Of a stretch of DNA of 58,209 nucleotides, positions 49,320 to 58,209 are shown piece after piece. Every line of letters starts with the position of its first letter. Position 1 is the stretch's first letter. The position numbers were made by a program, and so were the translations under genes. The notes beneath the pieces were generated by a model that was not told where the DNA came from, did no database searches, and saw only the letters and a list, made by a program, of their open reading frames with translations. The stretch covers positions 1-58,209 of the forward strand of contig JAUCBJ010006267.1 in NCBI GenBank assembly GCA_032718475.1. The letters are read 5' to 3'. The DNA is from Nemertoderma westbladi (taxonomy: Eukaryota > Animalia > Xenacoelomorpha).

Positions 49320-52314
49320 TATACACACACAGTCATTGCTAACTTGTACCGAGTGAAATTATCTAATTTCTGTTACAACTTATTGTCATCTCCAGCTCCT
49401 CAACACATTATGGGACAATCATTGCTAATAATCGCAACACTTTATTACATAGACATGACCAAAAAGAATGCCTGTTGTAACTATTTGCAACATTTGGTTG
49501 AAAAGTAGCTCATGGTTTGGTTAGGGTTATGATATGGCCCAAGCGTATTCATATGTCGATAGAGGTTTACATAAATATAAAAAGGTCTTTAATGCGGAAT
49601 AGTGGCCATTTTCATTCAATGATGTACGTGAATTTGTTTACTATAGTATTCTAATGTTTAGGAATATTAAGGAAATTCATATTATTTTATGTAACTAATT
49701 GCAGTTACTACAACAGCAGCAGTACGGTAAACAATCTTACATACGATAGCTATTAATTATCCACGTTAGTGAAATAATGGGTGATAGACGTTAACATAAT
49801 ACACAATACATTTTCCAGACACTATAAACAAACTTCAGAGTTCGAGTAGCTCTCATGTGTGTTCTCATATATTCCACTGGATGGCATCAACTCAATATAT
49901 CTGATATTTTTAATTTCGCGAGAAGTATTTCATTGAAATGCAGAAATAAATTGTCTAGAATAGTCTTCCGCATCTTGATTTCCGCAAAGGAGTTGTCACC
50001 AATAGGCAGGGCATATCTGTGATCATTGACTACACGATGTTTCACAATTTGGCATTACCCTGTCATTGTTTAGTAATTGAATTGATATTACATTGAATTG
50101 ATTTTAACACATTATTTACCTGCATAATCTTTTAACATATGTGTTTACGAAACTTTCAGTTATTATTTTGGTTCCCCCAACACTGCTATACCGGCAGTCT
50201 GATACAGCCTGATCCAATGGCAATAACGCACTACCGGTACCGTACTGCTGTGCATTATTGCATTATTGCTATATAGCATATCGCTTTACTGTGATCTCAC
50301 CTGGACATCTGTATGTCATTGCCGACTTTACAAAGCTGCGCTCAAAGAAAGTTATAATAATATAAATCACTCATTAACGATTCACCTAAAACACCAAAGA
50401 TGCTTTACTGCTGTCAGCTCTGCACCTGTTTCGTTTTAGCCTAGTAGTAGATTCTGTTTTAAACTTTCGCTAAATTATAATTTTTATGATGTTTAAATTC
50501 GATATGAGTAACTCGATAATTCGAACTGAAAGCAACTCCCTTCTCGTTCCCTAAGTCGATTGCTTTTAAGTGAAGGAGTACTTTTGAGCGTTACGAGGAT
50601 ATCGCCGTCACCAGAACGTTGATAAGTTGATATACAGTAATGTACCGGTAACATATTCATTAAAGTTATTATTCATCAAAAACAAGGTTACATGCGACAC
50701 AAATCAGATTGTGTAGTAATTCCCTTAATGTTTCTTATTTAGCTAGTATTCATTGGTTTGATATGTTTATTTTTGTGTTTATATACATACATATATATTT
50801 ATGTCATTAGTAGCACATCGTATGCTTCTCCTCTCCTCACCTATTTTGTAGTGCAATTTTGTGCCATATAATTGAATTTATTTTCTTGTGTTGTGTAGTC
50901 CTATTAAATTAAAATTTTTATTCTTAACTTGTTTCTTTTTCGTTCGAATATACCTCAAAATTCCAAGAAAAAGGAAAAAAGTAACCATTGCTGTGATTGC
51001 ATTGATTTCCAGGCGAAAAAAGTAAAACAAGAAAATTTGAAAATAGTTTTGGTGAAATTTATTAAAGATCTGATTAAAGTTCTGATATTTTTTTCGTATG
51101 TCATCACAGTTAGATGAAACACTGATATTGGAGTTCCCATCACTCACGATATCAGTGTCTTTCTTTTTAATTGACAACGCGCGGTAATTATCGATCGAGC
51201 GTACTTGTAATCTAATTCTGGAGGGTCCCGTACAGAAACGGCCGACTCTGATTCTTCCCGCGTAAATACGTAGCGGTGATGGGATTGGTGGAATTTTATC
51301 CAGAATTTCTAAGGCCTCATGAGCGATTTGACCTATTAGACGTTGTAATCAGCTGTTAATAGAAATAGCTACCTACTGCTTATGCAGGTCCTTACGACGT
51401 AGGACCTAGTCGCTGGAACTATTGGCGCAGGACCAAACGACTTCCTGGACGACCTAACGACCAGAGGACCTACTATCGTTGACGTCGTTGGAAATGTTTG
51501 AACACTAATAAATCGGTCAATATTGATGAAATAGAACTAACTTGTTAGAAATGTAGTCAATCACAAATTTAGAATTTATATACACACAGGCAGACTAATA
51601 TCGTTTATCTGCCTGTCGCTAGGGAGCGAATTGAAAGAAATCTAGAAACAGCTATAATTTTACAACCAACCATCAGATTCAACTACTGTAAAAATTGGTA
51701 GGTGTGATCTATTAATATTGATTAATGATAAATTCTACACACAGAATTCTACACCTGCGACCCAGAATAAATGTAAAAATGCGTTGAAATCGAAACTTGG
51801 GGGTATTTTCAGAATCTTGAATATTTCTAAATTTGAGGTACCACACGCCCTAATTTTGCTGTACCAAAAATGAGCTGCCACTAGGTAGACATTGTTTTAG
51901 AGTAATCTGATCGATGCAGCGATTCAAAACACCTATAAAAATGCGCTGAAATCAAAACATGTGGGCCTTTTCCGGATCTCATATTTTTTAAAATTTGAAG
52001 TGCCACGCGCCACTTCGAAAAATAGCATACCGCTTAATTTTTGAGAATGGAATATAATCGCATTCGCTTCAGCGTCTGTGAAAAACCTACAAGAGCTAGA
52101 CAATAAAGCCACACTATTAGTTTTTAAAATAACAAAAATACTACTACTTCTATTTTCATGAAAATTATTATACCCCGCTTATCAAATGTTATATTTTTAA
52201 GGTTAGGAAATGTTCAGCGATAATTTTTTCACCTACAGTCCAAATTTTATAGGAATTTGTTGGACGATTACTAAAATATAGTGGGGGGGGGGGGGGGGGG
52301 CGAATCGGCCCCCC

Positions 52315-52545
52315 GCCAGTGCTGGGATAGTTATAAAACCCGAAAATAAAGAAAAAAACGAAATTATTGACGAAAATATCGAAATTATAAAACTTTAAAT
52401 AAAATCTCGCTTTCCAGTACGATAGGGATTATTCGAAGATACACTTTCAATTTTTTTTATTAATAAAATCCTATAATTTCGCCCCATTTTCGACCTTAAA
52501 AGTAATTTAATACCAAATACTGTCCCGCTGTTTGGTTGTTAGGGG
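52315..52545 (-). mobile_element. Inverted partial copy of the 52674-53180 element
   Basis: GGGATAGTTATAAAACCCGAAAATAA..TTTAATACCAAATACTGTC is the reverse complement of ~52910-53132. Confidence 0.85.
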
Positions 52546-52673
52546 TAATCCAATAATGGCAAAACACCACAAGATGGCGCTCAAATTACAGTATGACAGT
52601 ACAGTCAGAGTGTAGGCCTACTGCAGTTACTCCATTGTGACTGCTGGACTGCAGTACTGTTGTTACGTTTACG

Positions 52674-53180
52674 TTAACCCGTTCAAACCCGGCCGCCGTG
52701 CCGATCCACTTACCTGCCAGTCACTGTACGTACAGTGTACACCTGTAACGCTAAGGCACAGTAGGCCGTAATGCGTGTGCAGTGTTGGGTTAGGGTACCA
52801 GCTGACCGGACCGCTTCCTTCAACTTTACCCCTTCCGGCTGTGCACCATGCTTGTAATACTGATCTGTTGATGCTGAGTTGAAACATCCAAGCCGCTATT
52901 GGTCAACACCCAACAACCAACCAGCAGACAGTATTTGGTATTAAATTATCTTTTAAGGTCGAAAATGGGACGAAATTATCAGATTTTATGAATTATAAAA
53001 TGCAAAGTGTCCCTTCTAATAATACCTACTGTATCTTATTGGAAAGCGAGATTTTGTAGATTATTTGATAATTTCGATATTTTCGTTGATAATTTCGTAT
53101 TTTTCGTTATTTTCGGGTTTTATAACTATCCCCAGTGATGCTAATGGTTTATATAAACACCCCAGTGCTATAAGGGTTAA
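52674..53180 (+). mobile_element. piggyBac-like non-autonomous element
   Basis: Bounded by TTAA-CCC at 52674 and GGG-TTAA at 53180, with only partial TIR match beyond that; the interior is repeated at 12202-12635. Confidence 0.6.
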
Positions 53181-54934
53181 CGTACGTTAATTAATGGAGA
53201 CATTTCTTCATTAGTTGGGAGCGGGACATTTTCACAATACTTAAGTTACCGGGATATTTGGAAGAAATTCCTACTCTGTGATTTGGCTTAAACTCATGGA
53301 CTACTAAATATTTTAATTCTTCGGTACTGTTGGGAAGTCTGATACTGATACTACGAACTGAACTGACGGAAGATACTGGACGAAACGGGCATAGTTTGCA
53401 TATATGTGAGATATAAATTAAAAAACAAATTTATTACTGGTATTCGTGTTACTTCTAAAACAAGACGAGTAGGATGCTGAGCTGCAGGCACCTAACAACA
53501 ACCCCAAGTAATTTCCATACAGCCTGCGCTTAAAATGCAACGGCAATATAATTTATTGTGCATAATTATTGATTGCCAGTGACACAGTCCTCCGAAAGAA
53601 ACTTGAATGGACAGTATCAACTTATCTTTGTAATTGACCGTTACATTTAATCAATTGACTCAAATTGAAATCAATATTTTGGATTTAGTGATAACAATTA
53701 CTAAATAATTTCAATAGTGTAGCATTAGCATCTAACTTTTACATTTCATTGTATGTAAATTAATTAATAGCAATGGGGTAGGCGACTCGGAAAATTTTAT
53801 TTGAGTTTTTTTGATTTATTGTGAAAAATCATGTGAAAAAACCCCAGTGAGCCATTTTACTTCAAAAAAATTAATATTGGCCGAGTTATAGCGATTTTAA
53901 AACGCAAAATTAGCAACATCAAAAAATCGGGCCGTTTTAGGAACTTGCGCATTTGACGTCAGCCATAACACAGCAACAGTTGTCAAGCGCAGTTGATTGG
54001 TCAATATAAAATATAATATTTCAGTTATCTATAACAATAAAAATAATTAACGTAGCTTAGTAATTATTTGGATGTGTATTATATTCGTTAAATATTGTGT
54101 TAAAAAAGTAAACAGTTTTTTTTTATGTTTTTTTTTGATATGATAAACCTTTAATAAACAAAAAATACACAGCTTAGTAAACCAGTAAACCGTTACATTG
54201 TCTGATTGTTCTCACCGTTCACAGTTCAGGTCGTCCCGGTTTGAGAAGCAAAGAATGATAATGTTTTAATATAGGCCTAATCAGCTACAGTACGGTAATA
54301 ATAGGTTACCGGTAATATTACAGTATTAAATACAGAAATAGGCCGCCTTTAAAAACTATGATTGGAACGATGTTAAGAAGGTTGTTTCCAAGGCCGTTTT
54401 TTAGAAAGCACAATGACAATGGCCGACATCGCTCGAGGCATTAACATCAGCCCAATTACTAAGGAAAAAACCCAATAAACAAAGACGAAAAGACGACATA
54501 TATACTCCAGCCAGACAAAAGTGGAAAGTTGCAACGGAGTAGTGAGCAGCTTTCCATCAGGTACCAACAAACAGCTATAAGGCTGAAGAATAACTACGGT
54601 GTAATTGGTGCAATACTACTGTAATATATCCGGATACAGTTTTTAAAAGGTTGTAAATAAAGATAGAAAGCAAAAAAAATTCTGGCTCACCCACAAAGTT
54701 GTCGGGAAGTGAAACTCTCTCTGTTGGTGGTGTACGTAAATCGTAAGTACGTAAATCCCAGACAAAATGATAATGTGATCCGACACATAGAAAGGGATCA
54801 ATTAACAAAAAATGGTTTTCAACTTTTTTAAAACATGGGCAACATAACAATAAGTTATTCTAGAATTTATTAAAGGATTGAACGGACAAAATTTGGGAAT
54901 ACACTTTTTTTGGGGGGGGGGGGGGGGGTGGATA

Positions 54935-55007
54935 GGACATGTCACTGAATTACGACATTATATTCCAGGACATGTCACTGAATTACGACATTATATTCCA
55001 GGACATG
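54935..55007. repeat. 33-bp tandem repeat, 2 copies plus a partial copy
   Basis: GGACATGTCACTGAATTACGACATTATATTCCA x2. Confidence 0.9.
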
Positions 55008-55418
55008 GTGTATTGCACAGAAAAGGAGGCACTACTATAGCTTGTGTGACCGACCATAAGGGACAATTTTTAGAGGTTTTCGCATGACTTTTTTCAATTT
55101 TTTTGTGGATGGTGGTTGATTATCTGGCATTCGATTGAGTGATAGTTCGTAAATTTTCTTAGGTAGCCAGTGTTTTTATAAGGTATAGCCAGTGTTTTTT
55201 TTAAAAATACATGAGGATTTAATAAAAATTGCATTAGATTGCAATTACAATAGCTAAAATATGAATATTTTTTTTAGATATTTTAGGTATTTTAAAAACA
55301 CTTGTTACCAAGCAAAATTTACAAGCTACCACTAAATCGAATGTCAGCCAATTGTTAGAGAATTGAAATGAAATGAAATTAATTAAATTAATTGAAACTT
55401 TAAAATCTTCCCTTGAAT

Positions 55419-56058
55419 GTTCGCGACCCGGCACTAGTATAGTATCGATGCCGAAATTTTAGATGTTTTTTTATTTTTTTCTTTTTAGATTAAAATATTT
55501 TTGACATGTTGTTTGGCTTTGTATTATCAATTTCATTCTAGAATTACCGGTATATATTTTTGTTGCTATGGTTACATAAATAAAATAAATTTCAAATTAC
55601 TTAAAGAATAATGTATTTCTTTTTGTAATGCATTTTTATTTCTTATTGTAATGCTTTTTTATTTCTTATTGTTATTGACAAATATATTTGAGGATTAAAT
55701 GACACTTGTCATTTTTTTACAATAAAAAGTACTAGCCAACATAAAATCAAAATTACTGGCTACCATATGTTTGCCAGATGTTCAAATATTTGTTCTAGAA
55801 CAAAAAACGTCATAATAAAAGACATTTTCACAAGAAAAAATCGGTCAATTTTTTTTATTGTTTCAATTATGATTTTTTCACTAGCTAATATAAAGTAATA
55901 GCTAACACAAAATAAAAATTACTGGCTACCATCTTCAGATGGTAAATATTTGTTCTAGAACAAAAAACCTCATGATAAAAACCGATAATCACTAATATAA
56001 TTAATCGATGTTTGTTTTTAAATTTGGGCATAGATACTATACTAGTGGCTCGCGACCC
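55419..56058. mobile_element. MITE with ~40-bp TIRs and internal direct repeat
   Basis: TCGCGA..CACTAGTATAGTATC.ATGCC.AAATTT pairs with AAATTT.GGCAT.GATACTATACTAGTG..TCGCGA; internal repeat ~55730-55822 vs ~55895-55982. Confidence 0.75.
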
Positions 56059-56465
56059 CACTAAAGATATCTAATTGCTTTATGTCTTCCAGTTCCTGCC
56101 CTCTGATGGTTTGCGTATGGTTCTCAGTTTTGCACATAATAATTTCAAGAATAATTGAAATTGGTGCAAGGAATTAATTAAAATAATTATAAAGTTCTCT
56201 GGCATGTCTGGTGTGTTCCAAAAGTTACTGAAGATGAACAATTTTGGTTGGAGTTGGACTACAACGTTTCCCGGTGGAGTTGTTTCCCACTGCTACCTTC
56301 GGGTAGCAGCTATCAAATGAGGAGCCTTAGGGTCGCCTCCGGCTTCGGCCGACTGCTTGCTTTACTTATAAATGAATTGTTGTGGGGTGGGTGACGGGGA
56401 ATTAAATATATGTTATACAGTGTAGTACATTATGATAATGTTTTCCATAGCGAAAAATATCAACC

Positions 56466-56558
56466 GCCCCTATTGGAACTCGAACCCGGTACCTAGGTTT
56501 CAAACTTACGGTTATCATCAGCCGAGTGTGTGTCCTAAGACCACTGAGCTACCAGGGC
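56466..56558 (-). pseudogene. tRNA-like sequence (93 nt), inverted copy
   Basis: Reverse complement of 56805-56897 with few differences; A-box TAGCTCAGTGG and B-box GGTTCGAG. Confidence 0.7.
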
Positions 56559-56804
56559 GGTAGAAGATTTATTCGCTATGGAGTGGGCTATCATATATTT
56601 AGGCCTTTTACAGTCACTCATAGGAAAGTACAACGTTATTCCCGTGCTCTGCCAGAAATTGCAACCATACCTCAAAGAATAACTATTATACAGTGTTGTA
56701 GAAACCACTGATACCCCGTATGCTAGTGAATTACCCGTCACTCACCCCACAACAATTCATTTATAATTAATTAACAAGCATGGCCGGTAATAGTAGTTTC
56801 TACC

Positions 56805-56897
56805 GCCCTGGTAGCTCAGTGGTCTTAGGAGACACACTCGACTGATGATAACCGGAAGTTTGAAACCTAGGTACAGGGTTCGAGCCCCAATAGGGGC
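56805..56897 (+). pseudogene. tRNA-like sequence (93 nt)
   Basis: GCCCTGGTAGCTCAGTGG...GGGTTCGAGCCCCAATAGGGGC; the ends pair like an acceptor stem, but the middle is non-canonical. Confidence 0.7.
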
Positions 56898-57437
56898 TAT
56901 GTTTGCTTTGATTTATCGTTCAGTTGATATCCTCCTTGTTATGCTGCATAGTAATCAATCAGTTATAAACAACTTCCTGACTTCTTGAACATGTCTTGTG
57001 CACAGTGTTCGGTATCCTTCATTGCTCTAAGTGTATTATTGTTGGTAGGTTTACTACTATGTTTTGGGCCACCCACCTTCAATTTTTTTTATACTACTGT
57101 AGCTAGTTTTTGTGGCTAGGGTATATTTATATGAATCTTCCCCGCATTGCTCGCTCGGTACATAAATACACTCGGATTACAACACCGAAATTTTTTACAC
57201 AATGATGTTTGTTCGAATTTTATCAGACTCCCAGGTTGAAAACCCACCTCCTTTGAGGCACAAATACAAAGGGCCCCAAATATATTTTGTTCTATAACAA
57301 TTTTTATACTATCTAATTTTGCAATTTTTTTTAAAAGATGTTACAGTAGCTACCGGAATATATTTAAATAACAATTAATATTCGGGAATCAATATTGCTT
57401 GTTCTGTAGAACATTTTGATTATAATAACAAAATGAA

Positions 57438-58209
57438 ACGCAGGCGGAATTATAAGAAAATATAGCCGCGGGCGGAACTATAGGAACGTAGACACAGGTG
57501 GAACTATAGGAAAAAAATGTAAGATACGGGCGGAACTATAATAACAGAATGTAGACACGGGTGGAACTATAGGAACAAAATGTAGCCACGGGTGGAACTA
57601 TAGGAACAAATTGTAGCCACGGGCGGAACTATAGGAACAGAATGTAGCCACGGATGGAACTATAAGAACAAAATGTAGACACGGGTGGAACTATAGGAAC
57701 AAAATGTAGATACGGGCGGAACTATAATAACAGAATGTAGACACGGATGGAACTATAAGAACAAAATGTAGACACGGGTGGAACTATAGGAACAAAATGT
57801 AGATACGGGCGGAACTATAATAACAGAATGTAGACACGGGTGGAACTATAGGAACAAAATGTAGACACGGGTGGAACTATAAGAACAAAATGTAGCCACG
57901 GGTGGAACTATAGGAACAAAATGTAGACACGGGTGGAACTATAGGAACAAAATGTAGATACGGGCGGAACTATAATAACAGAATGTAGCCACGGCTGGAA
58001 CTATAAGAACAAAATGTAGACACGGATGGAACTATAAGAACAAAATGTAGACACGGGTGGAACTATAGGAACAAAATGTAGATACGGGCGGAACTATAAT
58101 AACAGAATGTAGCCACGGATGGAACTATAAGAACAAAATGTAGACACGGGTGGAACTATAAGAACAAAATGTAGACACGGGTAGAACTATAAGAACAAAA
58201 TGTAGACAC
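57438..58209. repeat. 31-bp satellite running off the window end
   Basis: Unit GTAGACACGGGTGGAACTATAGGAACAAAAT, degenerate at its left edge. Confidence 0.98.

Noticed and set aside
50878-51355. Possible minus-strand exon after the acceptor-like TTTCTATTAACAG
   Set aside because: All three frames stop shortly after the acceptor, and I found no recognisable protein or partner exon; a short terminal exon cannot be excluded.
56195-56300. WCVPKVTEDEQFWLELD, faintly discoidin (F5/8C)-like
   Set aside because: Too short, no convincing splice sites, and embedded among repeats.
56805-56897. Possible tRNA(Sec), suggested by its length, CTCAGTGGTCT and SEPSECS in the same window
   Set aside because: No TCA anticodon in a proper loop, and no extended acceptor stem or long variable arm in the right place; better explained as a tRNA-derived repeat.

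Overview
AT-rich, intron- and repeat-rich metazoan (probably invertebrate) genomic DNA. Four host genes are supportable. (1) An intronless SEPSECS on the minus strand (3815-5974) carrying an in-frame ~250-aa S/T/Q/P tandem-repeat insertion. (2) A five-exon secreted Cys-containing protein of ~209 aa that I assembled by hand (10997-19443, +). (3) A TSPAN4/9-like tetraspanin with an uninterrupted CDS (22108-22827, -). (4) A multi-exon SKOR/Fussel/CORL Ski-family corepressor (41870-49319, +). The rest is RTE-type LINE fragments of two families, one CRE-like retroelement fragment, tRNA-derived SINE-like sequences, many MITE/foldback elements, a Helentron-like element with two CTCF-like motifs, and three satellites (23, 21 and 31 bp units). 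The very long ORFs at 30.4-36.2 kb are artefacts of the 21-bp satellite. The most unusual observations are the repeat inside SEPSECS, a double-hairpin repair scar in a LINE, a strong excess of TA-flanked palindromic octamers resembling transposon footprints, and the CTCF-like motifs carried by mobile elements. All family assignments come from recalled motifs, not database searches.
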